From assembly GCF_024502345.1 (NCBI RefSeq), contig NZ_JALDNN010000001.1: 64,000 nt of DNA. One strand, given 5' to 3'. Source of the DNA: Escherichia coli (lineage in GTDB: Bacteria; Pseudomonadota; Gammaproteobacteria; Enterobacterales; Enterobacteriaceae). Position numbers and translations under genes: made by a program. Below, piece after piece: positions 28,371 to 40,504 of the stretch (positions within the stretch are counted from its first letter, which is position 1; every line of letters begins with the position of its first letter). Under the pieces are notes generated by a model. The model was given only the letters and a program-made list of their open reading frames with translations, searched no databases and had not been told where the DNA came from.

Positions 28371-31166
28371 ATGGAGATAATTATGAGAAACCTCTGTTTC
28401 TTACTGACGTTAGTGGCAACTCTGTTGCTCCCCGGGCGGCTGATTGCCGCCGCCTTACTGCAGGATGAAAAGTTAATTACCGGACAACTGGACAATGGCT
28501 TGCGATATATGATTTATCCGCATGCTCAACCAAAGGATCAGGTAAATTTATGGCTGCAAATTCATACCGGTTCATTGCAGGAAGAAGACAATGAGTGCGG
28601 CGTGGCTCATTTTGTAGAACATATGATGTTTAACGGCACAAAAACATGGCCGGGTAATAAAGTCATCGAAACATTTGAGTCAATGGGCCTGCGTTTTGGT
28701 CGCGATGTTAATGCCTATACCAGCTATGACGAAACGGTGTATCAGGTGAGTTTGCCAACTACGCAGAAACAAAATCTGCAACAAGTGATGGCAATCTTCA
28801 GTGAATGGAGTAATGCCGCAACCTTTGAAAAACTCGAAGTAGACGCTGAACGCGGCGTAATTACTGAGGAATGGCGTGCCCATCAGGATGCGAAATGGCG
28901 CACCTCTCAGGCGCGCCGCCCTTTCCTGCTGGCAAATACCCGTAATTTAGACCGTGAACCTATCGGCCTGATGGATACTGTCGCCACGGTCACACCGGCA
29001 CAATTGCGCCAATTTTATCAACGCTGGTATCAACCAAATAATATGACCTTTATCGTGGTTGGCGATATCGACAGTAAAGAAGCGCTGGCGCTGATAAAGG
29101 ATAATTTAAGTAAGCTTCCGGCTAACAAAGCAGCTGAAAATCGCGTCTGGCCGACAAAAGCCGAAAACCACCTGCGCTTTAATATCATTAATGATAAAGA
29201 AAACCGGGTGAACGGCATCGCACTCTATTATCGCCTGCCAATGGTACAAGTGAACGATGAGCAAAGCTTTATCGAACAGGCTGAATGGAGCATGTTAGTT
29301 CAGCTGTTCAATCAACGTCTGCAGGAACGTATACAGTCGGGCGAGTTGAAGACTATTTCTGGCGGCACTGCGCGCAGCGTTAAAATTGCACCCGATTATC
29401 AGTCGCTGTTTTTCCGTGTAAATGCACGAGACGATAATATGCAGGATGCTGCGAATGCATTAATGGCAGAGTTGGCAACCATTGATCAGCATGGTTTTTC
29501 TGCTGAAGAACTCGATGATGTCAAATCTACCCGCCTCACCTGGCTGAAAAATGCGGTTGATCAGCAAGCTGAACGTGATTTACGTATGCTGACCAGTCGC
29601 CTGGCATCAAGCTCATTAAATAATACGCCGTTCTTGTCGCCGGAAGAGACATATCAACTTTCGAAACGTCTGTGGCAGCAAATTACCGTGCAAAGTCTGG
29701 CGGAAAAATGGCAGCAGTTAAGAAAGAACCAGGACGCATTTTGGGAGCAAATGGTAAACAATGAGCTTGCCGCCAAAAAAGCATTGTCTCCTGCGGCTAT
29801 CCTGGCGCTGGAAAAAGAGTACGCCAACAAAAAGCTGGCGGCTTACATCTTCCCAGGCAGAAATTTATCGTTAACAGTAGACGCTGACCCACAGGCGGAA
29901 ATTAGCAGCAAAGAAACGCTGGCTGAGAATCTGACATCATTAACACTTTCCAATGGTGCCAGGGTTATTCTGGCAAAATCCGCGGGTGAAGAGCAAAAGC
30001 TACAAATTATTGCCATATCGAATAAAGGCGATTTAAGTTTCCCTGCGCAGCAAAAATCACTTATCGCGCTGGCAAATAAAGCAGTTAGCGGAAGCGGCGT
30101 TGGCGAACTCTCCTCTTCCAGCCTGAAACGCTGGAGTGCGGAAAACTCGGTAACCATGAGCAGTAAAGTCAGTGGCATGAATACGTTGTTCTCCGTTAGC
30201 GCGCGGACTAATAACCCTGAACCTGGTTTCCAGTTGATTAACCAGCGAATCACCCACAGCACGATTAACGACAATATTTGGGCATCGCTACAAAATGCTC
30301 AAATTCAGGCGTTGAAAACGCTCGACCAGCGTCCAGCGGAGAAATTCGCCCAGCAGATGTATGAGACGCGCTATGCTGATGACCGCACGAAATTACTGCA
30401 AGAAAATCAGATTGCACAGTTTACTGCCGCGGATGCGCTGGCTGCCGATCGCCAGTTGTTTTCATCTCCAGCGGATATCACGTTTGTCATTGTCGGTAAT
30501 GTCGCAGAAGACAAACTCGTGGCGTTAATTACGCGTTACTTAGGATCAATCAAACACTCTGATTCGCCATTAGCCGCAGGTAAACCATTAACTCGCGCGA
30601 CGGACAACGCATCGGTTACTGTAAAAGAACAAAATGAACCTGTGGCACAGGTTTCACAGTGGAAGCGTTATGATTCCCGGACACCTGTTAATCTGGCGAC
30701 GCGTATGGCGCTCGATGCTTTTAACGTCGCACTGGCAAAAGATCTACGCGTTAATATTCGTGAACAGGCATCTGGGGCATACAGCGTTTCTTCTCGCCTC
30801 TCGGTTGATCCTCAGGCCAAAGATATCAGTCATTTGCTGGCTTTTACTTGTCAACCAGAACGACATGATGAACTGTTAACGTTAGCGAATGAAGTGATGG
30901 TTAAGCGTCTGGCTAAAGGGATCAGTGAGCAAGAACTGAATGAATACCAGCAAAACGTTCAGCGCAGCCTCGATATCCAACAGCGTAGCGTTCAACAATT
31001 AGCGAACACCATTGTAAATAGTCTTATTCAATATGACGATCCTGTAGCATGGACTGAGCAGGAGCAATTGTTGAAACAAATGACGGTAGAGAATGTTAAC
31101 ACTGCCGTTAAACAATATCTTTCTCATCCGGTAAATACTTATACCGGAGTAGTATTGCCAAAATAA
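28371..31166 (+). CDS. pqqL: periplasmic zinc metallopeptidase PqqL (M16 family), 931 aa
   Basis: Signal peptide plus the inverted zinc-binding motif HFVEH; length and neighbours match K-12 pqqL. Confidence 0.92.
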   Translation: MEIIMRNLCFLLTLVATLLLPGRLIAAALLQDEKLITGQLDNGLRYMIYPHAQPKDQVNLWLQIHTGSLQEEDNECGVAHFVEHMMFNGTKTWPGNKVIETFESMGLRFGRDVNAYTSYDETVYQVSLPTTQKQNLQQVMAIFSEWSNAATFEKLEVDAERGVITEEWRAHQDAKWRTSQARRPFLLANTRNLDREPIGLMDTVATVTPAQLRQFYQRWYQPNNMTFIVVGDIDSKEALALIKDNLSKLPANKAAENRVWPTKAENHLRFNIINDKENRVNGIALYYRLPMVQVNDEQSFIEQAEWSMLVQLFNQRLQERIQSGELKTISGGTARSVKIAPDYQSLFFRVNARDDNMQDAANALMAELATIDQHGFSAEELDDVKSTRLTWLKNAVDQQAERDLRMLTSRLASSSLNNTPFLSPEETYQLSKRLWQQITVQSLAEKWQQLRKNQDAFWEQMVNNELAAKKALSPAAILALEKEYANKKLAAYIFPGRNLSLTVDADPQAEISSKETLAENLTSLTLSNGARVILAKSAGEEQKLQIIAISNKGDLSFPAQQKSLIALANKAVSGSGVGELSSSSLKRWSAENSVTMSSKVSGMNTLFSVSARTNNPEPGFQLINQRITHSTINDNIWASLQNAQIQALKTLDQRPAEKFAQQMYETRYADDRTKLLQENQIAQFTAADALAADRQLFSSPADITFVIVGNVAEDKLVALITRYLGSIKHSDSPLAAGKPLTRATDNASVTVKEQNEPVAQVSQWKRYDSRTPVNLATRMALDAFNVALAKDLRVNIREQASGAYSVSSRLSVDPQAKDISHLLAFTCQPERHDELLTLANEVMVKRLAKGISEQELNEYQQNVQRSLDIQQRSVQQLANTIVNSLIQYDDPVAWTEQEQLLKQMTVENVNTAVKQYLSHPVNTYTGVVLPK

Positions 31167-31173
31167 TAACAGC

Positions 31174-31202
31174 CCCGTCAACACATCGTTGGCGGGAATT
31201 TT
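31174..31202 (+). terminator. putative intrinsic terminator after pqqL
   Basis: 8-bp stem CCCGTCAA / TTGGCGGG (one G-U pair) with a 7-nt loop, followed by AATTTTA. Confidence 0.4.
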
Positions 31203-31428
31203 AGCAATATTCGCCATTTTTATGTAATAATTTTATAAATTCGTTCAAAATAATAACAAAGTACTAATAGTGATATTTTAAGGTCTGATTTTTACGTGAT
31301 AATTCAGGAGGCACAGAAAGCGCATAAAAATAACAACATAAAACACCTTTTCACCACCCAAGAATTCTCTATTGCATTGTTTTTTAATGAAAAAATATTA
31401 TTCCAATAATATCTCACGATAAATAACA

Positions 31429-31448
31429 TTAGGATTTTGTTATTTAAA
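31429..31448 (+). promoter_or_regulatory. GAD box (GadE / GadX-W binding site) in the gadB promoter
   Basis: Exact match to the 20-bp GAD box consensus TTAGGATTTTGTTATTTAAA, about 80 bp upstream of the gadB ATG. Confidence 0.75.
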
Positions 31449-31527
31449 CCAGAGTCCTTTGCACTTGCTTACTTTATCGATAAATCCTACTTTTTTAATG
31501 CGATCCAATCATTTTAAGGAGTTTAAA

Positions 31528-32928
31528 ATGGATAAGAAGCAAGTAACGGATTTAAGGTCGGAACTACTCGATTCACGTTTTGGTGCGAAGTCTATTTCCA
31601 CTATCGCAGAATCAAAACGTTTTCCGCTGCACGAAATGCGCGACGATGTCGCATTTCAGATTATCAATGATGAATTATATCTTGATGGCAACGCTCGTCA
31701 GAACCTGGCCACTTTCTGCCAGACCTGGGACGACGAAAACGTCCACAAGTTGATGGATTTATCCATTAACAAAAACTGGATCGACAAAGAAGAATATCCG
31801 CAATCCGCAGCCATCGACCTGCGTTGCGTAAATATGGTTGCCGATCTGTGGCATGCGCCTGCGCCGAAAAATGGTCAGGCCGTTGGCACCAACACCATTG
31901 GTTCTTCCGAGGCCTGTATGCTCGGCGGGATGGCGATGAAATGGCGTTGGCGCAAGCGTATGGAAGCTGCAGGCAAACCAACGGATAAACCAAACCTGGT
32001 GTGCGGTCCGGTGCAAATCTGCTGGCATAAATTCGCCCGCTACTGGGATGTGGAGCTGCGTGAGATCCCTATGCGCCCCGGTCAGTTGTTTATGGATCCG
32101 AAACGCATGATTGAAGCCTGCGACGAAAATACCATCGGCGTGGTGCCGACTTTCGGCGTGACCTACACCGGTAACTATGAGTTCCCGCAACCGCTGCACG
32201 ATGCGCTGGATAAATTCCAGGCCGACACCGGTATCGACATCGACATGCACATCGACGCCGCCAGCGGTGGCTTTCTGGCACCGTTCGTCGCCCCGGATAT
32301 CGTCTGGGACTTCCGCCTGCCGCGTGTGAAATCGATCAGTGCTTCAGGCCATAAATTCGGTCTGGCTCCGCTGGGCTGCGGCTGGGTTATCTGGCGTGAC
32401 GAAGAAGCGCTGCCGCAGGAACTGGTGTTCAACGTTGACTACCTGGGTGGTCAAATTGGTACTTTCGCCATCAACTTCTCCCGCCCGGCGGGTCAGGTAA
32501 TTGCACAGTACTATGAATTCCTGCGCCTCGGTCGTGAAGGCTACACCAAAGTACAGAACGCCTCTTACCAGGTTGCCGCTTATCTGGCGGATGAAATCGC
32601 CAAACTGGGGCCGTATGAGTTCATCTGTACGGGTCGCCCGGACGAAGGCATCCCGGCGGTTTGCTTCAAACTGAAAGATGGTGAAGATCCGGGATACACC
32701 CTGTACGACCTCTCTGAACGTCTGCGTCTGCGCGGCTGGCAGGTTCCGGCCTTCACTCTCGGCGGTGAAGCCACCGACATCGTGGTGATGCGCATTATGT
32801 GTCGTCGCGGCTTCGAAATGGACTTTGCTGAACTGTTGCTGGAAGACTACAAAGCCTCCCTGAAATATCTCAGCGATCACCCGAAACTGCAGGGTATTGC
32901 CCAGCAGAACAGCTTTAAACATACCTGA
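31528..32928 (+). CDS. gadB: glutamate decarboxylase beta (466 aa)
   Basis: [40 protein letters not shown]..., PLP enzyme; adjacent to gadC; start at ATG 31528, not the upstream ORF-track start. Confidence 0.97.
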   Translation: MDKKQVTDLRSELLDSRFGAKSISTIAESKRFPLHEMRDDVAFQIINDELYLDGNARQNLATFCQTWDDENVHKLMDLSINKNWIDKEEYPQSAAIDLRCVNMVADLWHAPAPKNGQAVGTNTIGSSEACMLGGMAMKWRWRKRMEAAGKPTDKPNLVCGPVQICWHKFARYWDVELREIPMRPGQLFMDPKRMIEACDENTIGVVPTFGVTYTGNYEFPQPLHDALDKFQADTGIDIDMHIDAASGGFLAPFVAPDIVWDFRLPRVKSISASGHKFGLAPLGCGWVIWRDEEALPQELVFNVDYLGGQIGTFAINFSRPAGQVIAQYYEFLRLGREGYTKVQNASYQVAAYLADEIAKLGPYEFICTGRPDEGIPAVCFKLKDGEDPGYTLYDLSERLRLRGWQVPAFTLGGEATDIVVMRIMCRRGFEMDFAELLLEDYKASLKYLSDHPKLQGIAQQNSFKHT

Positions 32929-32948
32929 TAACGTTTAACGGTAACGGT

Positions 32949-32974
32949 GTCCCGAAACGAACCCGTTTCGGGAC
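32949..32974 (+). terminator. strong hairpin in the gadB-gadC intergenic region (possible partial terminator)
   Basis: 11-bp stem GTCCCGAAACG / CGTTTCGGGAC with a 4-nt loop; only a weak T-rich tail follows. Confidence 0.5.
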
Positions 32975-33083
32975 AATTTCCAAAGTCTGTTCACTGGCAT
33001 TAGCAACGGAAAATATTGTTCTGAATACGCTTCAGAACAAAACAGGTGCGGTTCCGACAGGAATACCGTTTTAGGGGGATAAT

Positions 33084-34619
33084 ATGGCTACATCAGTACA
33101 GACAGGTAAAGCTAAGCAGCTCACATTACTCGGATTCTTTGCCATAACGGCATCGATGGTAATGGCTGTTTATGAATACCCTACCTTCGCAACATCGGGC
33201 TTTTCATTAGTCTTCTTCCTGCTATTAGGCGGGATTTTATGGTTTATTCCCGTGGGACTTTGTGCTGCGGAAATGGCCACCGTCGACGGCTGGGAAGAAG
33301 GTGGTGTCTTCGCCTGGGTATCAAATACTCTGGGGCCGAGATGGGGATTTGCAGCGATCTCATTTGGCTATCTGCAAATCGCCATTGGTTTTATTCCGAT
33401 GCTCTATTTCGTGTTAGGGGCACTCTCCTACATCCTGAAATGGCCAGCGCTGAATGAAGACCCCATTACCAAAACTATTGCAGCACTCATCATTCTTTGG
33501 GCGCTGGCATTAACGCAGTTTGGTGGCACGAAATACACGGCGCGAATTGCTAAAGTTGGCTTCTTCGCCGGTATCCTGTTACCTGCATTTATTTTGATCG
33601 CATTAGCGGCTATTTATCTGCACTCCGGTGCCCCCGTTGCTATCGAAATGGATTCGAAGACCTTCTTCCCTGACTTCTCTAAAGTGGGCACCCTGGTTGT
33701 ATTTGTTGCCTTCATTTTGAGTTATATGGGCGTAGAAGCTTCCGCAACCCACGTCAATGAAATGAGTAACCCAGGGCGCGACTATCCACTGGCTATGTTA
33801 CTGCTGATGGTGGCGGCAATCTGCTTAAGCTCTGTTGGTGGTTTGTCTATTGCGATGGTCATTCCGGGTAATGAAATCAACCTCTCCGCAGGGGTAATGC
33901 AAACCTTTACCGTTCTGATGTCCCATGTGGCACCGGAAATTGAGTGGACGGTTCGCGTGATCTCCGCACTGCTGTTGCTGGGTGTTCTGGCGGAAATCGC
34001 CTCCTGGATTGTTGGTCCTTCTCGCGGGATGTATGTCACAGCGCAGAAAAACCTGCTGCCAGCGGCATTCGCTAAAATGAACAAAAATGGCGTACCGGTA
34101 ACGCTGGTCATTTCGCAGCTGGTGATTACTTCTATCGCGTTGATCATCCTCACCAATACCGGTGGCGGTAACAACATGTCCTTCCTGATCGCTCTGGCGC
34201 TGACGGTGGTGATTTATCTGTGTGCTTATTTCATGCTGTTTATTGGCTACATTGTGTTGGTTCTTAAACATCCTGACTTAAAACGCACATTTAATATCCC
34301 TGGTGGTAAAGGGGTGAAACTGGTCGTGGCAATTGTCGGTCTGCTGACTTCAATTATGGCGTTTATTGTTTCCTTCCTGCCGCCGGATAACATCCAGGGT
34401 GATTCTACCGATATGTATGTTGAATTACTGGTTGTTAGTTTCCTGGTGGTACTTGCCCTGCCCTTTATTCTCTATGCTGTTCATGATCGTAAAGGCAAAG
34501 CGAATACCGGCGTCACTCTGGAGCCAATCAACAGTCAGAACGCACCAAAAGGTCACTTCTTCCTGCACCCGCGTGCACGTTCACCACACTATATTGTGAT
34601 GAATGACAAGAAACACTAA
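33084..34619 (+). CDS. gadC: glutamate:GABA antiporter (511 aa)
   Basis: APC-family transporter immediately downstream of gadB; sequence matches GadC (XasA) as recalled. Confidence 0.97.
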   Translation: MATSVQTGKAKQLTLLGFFAITASMVMAVYEYPTFATSGFSLVFFLLLGGILWFIPVGLCAAEMATVDGWEEGGVFAWVSNTLGPRWGFAAISFGYLQIAIGFIPMLYFVLGALSYILKWPALNEDPITKTIAALIILWALALTQFGGTKYTARIAKVGFFAGILLPAFILIALAAIYLHSGAPVAIEMDSKTFFPDFSKVGTLVVFVAFILSYMGVEASATHVNEMSNPGRDYPLAMLLLMVAAICLSSVGGLSIAMVIPGNEINLSAGVMQTFTVLMSHVAPEIEWTVRVISALLLLGVLAEIASWIVGPSRGMYVTAQKNLLPAAFAKMNKNGVPVTLVISQLVITSIALIILTNTGGGNNMSFLIALALTVVIYLCAYFMLFIGYIVLVLKHPDLKRTFNIPGGKGVKLVVAIVGLLTSIMAFIVSFLPPDNIQGDSTDMYVELLVVSFLVVLALPFILYAVHDRKGKANTGVTLEPINSQNAPKGHFFLHPRARSPHYIVMNDKKH

Positions 34620-34644
34620 CCATGTCTGAATGGTTATAAGACAA

Positions 34645-34672
34645 GGGAGCGATAAGTCATCGCTCCCTTTTT
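34645..34672 (+). terminator. intrinsic terminator after gadC
   Basis: 9-bp stem GGGAGCGAT / ATCGCTCCC with a 5-nt loop, followed by TTTTT. Confidence 0.75.
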
Positions 34673-34749
34673 CGTGCTTGCTGTCGTATTGACTTAACCG
34701 GGATAAGTACGAGAATGAGCGCACATCTGTTTACCGGAAACCAGCACAT

Positions 34750-36069
34750 ATGGATATCTGCTCCCGAAACAAGAAATTAACGATTAGAAGACCAGCGATA
34801 CTAGTTGCACTGGCACTTTTACTGTGTAGTTGTAAAAGCACGCCTCCAGAGTCCATGGTGACACCACCAGCAGGTTCAAAGCCACCAGCCACGACGCAAC
34901 AATCGTCACAACCGATGCGTGGCATCTGGCTGGCCACGGTTTCTCGGCTCGACTGGCCTCCGGTTTCCTCGGTTAACATTAGTAACCCCACCAGCCGGGC
35001 CCGTGTACAACAACAGGCGATGATCGACAAACTGGATCATCTGCAACGTCTCGGCATAAACACGGTCTTTTTCCAGGTCAAGCCGGACGGTACCGCCCTG
35101 TGGCCATCGAAAATTTTGCCGTGGTCCGATCTTATGACCGGTAAGATTGGTGAAAATCCGGGTTACGATCCGCTGCAATTTATGCTCGACGAAGCCCACA
35201 AGCGTGGGATGAAAGTACACGCCTGGTTTAACCCCTATCGCGTATCGGTTAATACGAAGCCCGGTACTATCAGGGAACTGAATAGCACTCTGCCTCAACA
35301 ACCGGCGAGCGTCTATGTGCAACACCGCGACTGGATCAGAACGTCTGGCGATCGCTTTGTCCTCGACCCGGGCATCCCTGAGGTTCAGGACTGGATCACA
35401 TCAATAGTCGCAGAAGTGGTTTCCCGCTATCCCGTAGATGGCGTGCAGTTTGACGACTATTTCTATACGGAGTCACCGGGTTCACGGCTAAATGATAACG
35501 AAACGTACCGTAAATACGGAGGCGCATTTGCGTCAAAAGCAGACTGGCGGCGCAACAATACTCAGCAGTTAATTGCAAAGGTATCGCACACCATTAAAAG
35601 CATTAAGCCGGGAGTCGAATTTGGTGTTAGCCCGGCAGGCGTGTGGCGTAACCGATCACACGATCCGCTCGGTTCCGATACCCGAGGCGCGGCAGCCTAT
35701 GACGAATCCTACGCTGACACCCGTCGATGGGTGGAACAAGGATTGCTGGATTACATTGCTCCCCAAATTTACTGGCCGTTCTCACGGAGTGCCGCGCGTT
35801 ATGACGTGTTGGCAAAATGGTGGGCGGATGTCGTTAAACCGACCAGGACCCGCCTGTATATCGGTATCGCCTTCTATAAAGTGGGTGAACCTTCAAAGAT
35901 AGAGCCAGACTGGATGATTAACGGCGGCGTACCGGAACTGAAAAAGCAGCTCGATCTTAACGATGCGGTACCAGAAATTAGCGGCACCATCTTGTTCCGT
36001 GAGGACTATCTGAATAAACCGCAGACTCAACAAGCGGTCAGCTATCTGCAAAGTCGTTGGGGCAGTTAA
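34750..36069 (+). CDS. yddW: lipoprotein YddW (glycoside-hydrolase-like), 439 aa
   Basis: Lipobox LLCSC in the signal peptide; position between gadC and dosC as in K-12. Confidence 0.9.
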   Translation: MDICSRNKKLTIRRPAILVALALLLCSCKSTPPESMVTPPAGSKPPATTQQSSQPMRGIWLATVSRLDWPPVSSVNISNPTSRARVQQQAMIDKLDHLQRLGINTVFFQVKPDGTALWPSKILPWSDLMTGKIGENPGYDPLQFMLDEAHKRGMKVHAWFNPYRVSVNTKPGTIRELNSTLPQQPASVYVQHRDWIRTSGDRFVLDPGIPEVQDWITSIVAEVVSRYPVDGVQFDDYFYTESPGSRLNDNETYRKYGGAFASKADWRRNNTQQLIAKVSHTIKSIKPGVEFGVSPAGVWRNRSHDPLGSDTRGAAAYDESYADTRRWVEQGLLDYIAPQIYWPFSRSAARYDVLAKWWADVVKPTRTRLYIGIAFYKVGEPSKIEPDWMINGGVPELKKQLDLNDAVPEISGTILFREDYLNKPQTQQAVSYLQSRWGS

Positions 36070-36440
36070 ACTCCCATTCTTACTTTGTAACAAGCCGGTG
36101 CTTTACCCACTGGCTTGTTACCCTCTTGAACTATCCCACCAGCAATCATGCTTACTAAAGTCAAATTAACCACGCAATTAACGACACTTAGTTAAATAGC
36201 CATAATCCCCCTAATAAAAATGTATGAATATGAAAAACCATACGATATTCGCAGTCACCGAAAAATAATTACGATGGGCTATACTCTTCTGAAGAACAGT
36301 AGCGTAGATTGAAACTGTCCTAAGTCGCTTATTTCTTTTCAGTATATCTTCATATTTCAGGAGAATATGGTGCAGTTAGTCGATCTCGCACGTTGCGTTT
36401 TGATTCCGTCTGATTTCCCAGCCTTATAAAGGTGTGAATT

Positions 36441-37823
36441 ATGGAGATGTATTTTAAAAGAATGAAAGATGAGTGGACCGGACTTGTCGAACAGGCAGAT
36501 CCGCCCATTCGTGCTAAAGCCGCGGAAATTGCCGTTGCGCATGCTCATTATCTGAGTATTGAGTTTTATCGAATTGTCCGCATCGACCCGCATGCCGAAG
36601 AATTCTTGAGTAATGAACAAGTTGAGCGGCAGTTGAAAAGTGCGATGGAACGCTGGATTATTAACGTGCTTTCTGCCCAGGTTGACGATGTCGAAAGGCT
36701 AATACAAATCCAGCATACCGTCGCGGAAGTGCATGCCCGCATAGGAATTCCGGTAGAAATTGTCGAGATGGGGTTTCGGGTGCTGAAAAAGATCCTCTAT
36801 CCGGTAATCTTCTCTTCGGATTATTCTGCCGCAGAAAAACTTCAGGTCTACCATTTCTCGATTAACAGTATTGATATCGCTATGGAAGTGATGACCCGCG
36901 CGTTTACCTTTAGTGACAGTAGTGCCTCAAAAGAAGATGAAAACTATCGTATCTTCTCGTTACTGGAAAACGCCGAAGAAGAAAAAGAACGGCAAATAGC
37001 CTCAATACTTTCATGGGAAATAGATATCATCTATAAAATCCTGCTGGATTCTGATTTAGGCAGTAGTTTGCCTTTAAGCCAGGCTGATTTTGGCCTGTGG
37101 TTTAACCATAAAGGTCGACATTATTTTAGCGGCATTGCCGAAGTAGGCCATATCTCCCGTCTGATTCAGGATTTCGACGGTATTTTCAATCAAACCATGC
37201 GTAACACCAGGAATTTGAATAACAGAAGTTTGCGGGTGAAATTTTTATTACAGATAAGAAATACTGTATCGCAAATTATTACCTTGCTGCGTGAATTGTT
37301 TGAAGAAGTATCGCGCCACGAAGTCGGTATGGATGTACTGACGAAATTACTTAACCGCCGTTTCCTGCCGACTATCTTCAAACGCGAAATTGCCCATGCC
37401 AACCGGACCGGTACACCGCTGTCAGTGCTGATTATTGACGTTGATAAATTCAAAGAGATCAACGATACGTGGGGCCATAACACTGGCGATGAAATTCTGC
37501 GTAAAGTCTCTCAGGCCTTTTATGACAACGTCCGCAGTAGTGATTATGTTTTCCGCTACGGGGGCGATGAATTTATCATTGTTTTGACTGAAGCTTCTGA
37601 AAACGAAACGTTACGTACCGCAGAACGTATTCGCAGTCGGGTGGAGAAAACCAAACTGAAAGCCGCAAACGGCGAAGATATTGCCCTCTCACTTTCCATC
37701 GGTGCCGCCATGTTTAATGGTCATCCTGACTATGAGCGCCTCATTCAAATAGCCGATGAAGCTCTGTATATCGCCAAAAGACGAGGTAGAAACCGTGTTG
37801 AACTCTGGAAAGCCAGTCTTTAG
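36441..37823 (+). CDS. dosC: diguanylate cyclase DosC (globin-coupled sensor, GGDEF), 460 aa
   Basis: C-terminal GGDEF domain (RYGGDEF); its stop abuts the dosP upstream region. Confidence 0.95.
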   Translation: MEMYFKRMKDEWTGLVEQADPPIRAKAAEIAVAHAHYLSIEFYRIVRIDPHAEEFLSNEQVERQLKSAMERWIINVLSAQVDDVERLIQIQHTVAEVHARIGIPVEIVEMGFRVLKKILYPVIFSSDYSAAEKLQVYHFSINSIDIAMEVMTRAFTFSDSSASKEDENYRIFSLLENAEEEKERQIASILSWEIDIIYKILLDSDLGSSLPLSQADFGLWFNHKGRHYFSGIAEVGHISRLIQDFDGIFNQTMRNTRNLNNRSLRVKFLLQIRNTVSQIITLLRELFEEVSRHEVGMDVLTKLLNRRFLPTIFKREIAHANRTGTPLSVLIIDVDKFKEINDTWGHNTGDEILRKVSQAFYDNVRSSDYVFRYGGDEFIIVLTEASENETLRTAERIRSRVEKTKLKAANGEDIALSLSIGAAMFNGHPDYERLIQIADEALYIAKRRGRNRVELWKASL

Positions 37824-37847
37824 ATGCGCCAGGATGCAGAGGTAATC

Positions 37848-40247
37848 ATGAAGCTAACCGATGCGGATAATGCCGCTGATGGCATTTTTTTCCCCGCCCT
37901 TGAGCAAAATATGATGGGTGCGGTGTTAATTAACGAAAATGATGAAGTGATGTTTTTCAACCCCGCCGCAGAGAAGCTCTGGGGATACAAACGTGAAGAA
38001 GTCATTGGCAATAACATTGATATGCTGATTCCGCGGGATTTGCGTCCTGCGCATCCTGAATACATTCGTCACAACCGTGAAGGCGGTAAAGCGCGCGTCG
38101 AGGGGATGAGTCGGGAGCTGCAGCTGGAGAAAAAAGACGGCAGTAAAATCTGGACCCGTTTTGCGCTATCGAAAGTGAGCGCCGAGGGGAAAGTTTATTA
38201 CCTGGCGCTGGTACGGGATGCCAGCGTAGAAATGGCGCAAAAAGAACAGACCCGACAATTGATTATTGCCGTTGACCATCTCGACCGACCGGTGATTGTC
38301 CTCGATCCGGAACGCCATATTGTGCAGTGCAATCGCGCATTTACCGAAATGTTTGGTTACTGCATTAGCGAAGCCAGCGGTATGCAGCCCGATACACTCC
38401 TGAACATTCCTAAATTCCCTGCCGATAACCGCATTCGTTTACAACAGTTGCTATGGAAAACCGCCCGCGATCAGGACGAATTTCTGCTGCTGACGCGCAC
38501 CGGTGAAAAAATCTGGATTAAAGCCTCTATCAGCCCGGTTTATGACGTGCTCGCGCATCTGCAGAACCTGGTAATGACTTTCTCGGATATCACCGAAGAA
38601 CGGCAGATCCGCCAGCTTGAAGGCAATATTCTCGCCGCCATGTGCAGCAGCCCGCCATTTCATGAAATGGGGGAAATCATTTGTCGTAACATCGAATCTG
38701 TTCTCAACGAATCGCATGTTTCGCTGTTCGCACTGCGCAACGGGATGCCGATACACTGGGCGTCATCTTCCCACGGTGCAGAAGTTCAAAATGCGCAAAG
38801 CTGGTCAGCGACCATTCGTCAGCGTGATGGCGCGCCTGCGGGGATCCTGCAAATTAAAACCTCGTCAGGAGCAGAAACCAGCGCCTTTATCGAACGCGTG
38901 GCAGATATCAGCCAGCATATGGCCGCGCTGGCGCTGGAACAGGAAAAAAGCCGTCAGCATATTGAACAACTCATCCAATTTGATCCGATGACCGGTCTGC
39001 CAAATCGCAATAACCTGCACAATTACCTCGATGACCTTGTCGACAAAGCCGTCTCTCCGGTGGTGTATCTCATCGGTGTTGACCATATTCAGGATGTGAT
39101 TGATAGCCTTGGCTATGCGTGGGCCGATCAGGCATTGCTGGAAGTGGTCAATCGCTTTCGTGAAAAACTCAAACCGGATCAGTATCTCTGTCGTATCGAA
39201 GGTACGCAGTTTGTCCTCGTGAGCCTGGAAAACGACGTCAGTAACATTACCCAAATCGCCGATGAGCTACGGAATGTGGTCAGCAAGCCGATAATGATTG
39301 ACGATAAACCCTTCCCGCTTACCTTGAGTATTGGCATCAGCTACGACGTGGGTAAAAACCGCGATTACCTGCTCTCTACTGCTCACAATGCAATGGATTA
39401 TATTCGCAAGAATGGCGGTAACGGCTGGCAGTTCTTCAGCCCGGCGATGAACGAAATGGTAAAAGAGCGTTTGGTTTTAGGCGCAGCGCTGAAAGAAGCG
39501 ATTAGCAATAACCAACTGAAACTGGTTTACCAGCCGCAAATCTTCGCAGAAACGGGTGAACTGTACGGCATCGAAGCCCTTGCTCGCTGGCACGATCCCC
39601 AGCATGGTCATGTGCCCCCTTCACGGTTTATTCCTCTCGCAGAAGAGATTGGTGAAATCGAAAATATTGGGCGCTGGGTCATCGCGGAAGCTTGCCGTCA
39701 GTTAGCAGAATGGCGTAGCCAGAATATTCATATCCCGGCGCTTTCCGTTAACTTGTCGGCACTGCACTTTCGCAGTAATCAACTGCCTAATCAGGTGTCT
39801 GATGCAATGCAAGCCTGGGGTATTGACGGCCACCAGCTGACGGTGGAAATCACGGAAAGCATGATGATGGAACACGATACCGAAATCTTTAAGCGCATTC
39901 AGATCCTGCGTGATATGGGCGTGGGTTTATCGGTAGATGATTTTGGCACGGGCTTTTCCGGATTATCCCGCTTAGTCAGTCTTCCGGTAACGGAAATCAA
40001 AATTGACAAAAGTTTTGTCGATCGTTGTCTGACGGAAAAACGCATCCTTGCCTTACTTGAAGCCATTACCAGCATTGGGCAAAGCCTCAATTTAACCGTC
40101 GTGGCGGAAGGCGTCGAAACCAAAGAGCAATTTGAGATGCTACGCAAGATCCACTGTCGCGTTATTCAGGGATATTTCTTTTCCCGCCCCCTACCCGCCG
40201 AAGAAATTCCAGGCTGGATGAGCAGCGTGTTACCGCTGAAAATCTGA
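37848..40247 (+). CDS. dosP: c-di-GMP phosphodiesterase DosP (heme-PAS, EAL), 799 aa
   Basis: MKLTDADNAADGIFFPALEQ start; PAS, GGDEF-like and EAL regions; start taken at ATG 37848 rather than 37824. Confidence 0.95.
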   Translation: MKLTDADNAADGIFFPALEQNMMGAVLINENDEVMFFNPAAEKLWGYKREEVIGNNIDMLIPRDLRPAHPEYIRHNREGGKARVEGMSRELQLEKKDGSKIWTRFALSKVSAEGKVYYLALVRDASVEMAQKEQTRQLIIAVDHLDRPVIVLDPERHIVQCNRAFTEMFGYCISEASGMQPDTLLNIPKFPADNRIRLQQLLWKTARDQDEFLLLTRTGEKIWIKASISPVYDVLAHLQNLVMTFSDITEERQIRQLEGNILAAMCSSPPFHEMGEIICRNIESVLNESHVSLFALRNGMPIHWASSSHGAEVQNAQSWSATIRQRDGAPAGILQIKTSSGAETSAFIERVADISQHMAALALEQEKSRQHIEQLIQFDPMTGLPNRNNLHNYLDDLVDKAVSPVVYLIGVDHIQDVIDSLGYAWADQALLEVVNRFREKLKPDQYLCRIEGTQFVLVSLENDVSNITQIADELRNVVSKPIMIDDKPFPLTLSIGISYDVGKNRDYLLSTAHNAMDYIRKNGGNGWQFFSPAMNEMVKERLVLGAALKEAISNNQLKLVYQPQIFAETGELYGIEALARWHDPQHGHVPPSRFIPLAEEIGEIENIGRWVIAEACRQLAEWRSQNIHIPALSVNLSALHFRSNQLPNQVSDAMQAWGIDGHQLTVEITESMMMEHDTEIFKRIQILRDMGVGLSVDDFGTGFSGLSRLVSLPVTEIKIDKSFVDRCLTEKRILALLEAITSIGQSLNLTVVAEGVETKEQFEMLRKIHCRVIQGYFFSRPLPAEEIPGWMSSVLPLKI

Positions 40248-40504
40248 CAAATTCCTCTCGCCCGCACTCGCGGGTTTTCATTTAACGTGACACTGTCACT
40301 TAAATACTGTGATTTCAGCTACGATTCCGGGAGATTCCTTCCTTAACTTCCCCTCTTGCACCAAAACTGCACTACGCTGCACAAATGTTGATCAAAAGTT
40401 AAAAAATATAACTTTAAGCTAGCATTCTGGCGCTTATCCCGGCATGGCATGAGATCTGCATAAGCGGAAAGCGCAGCAAATTTTGTCTTATACAGGAACC
40501 GTTT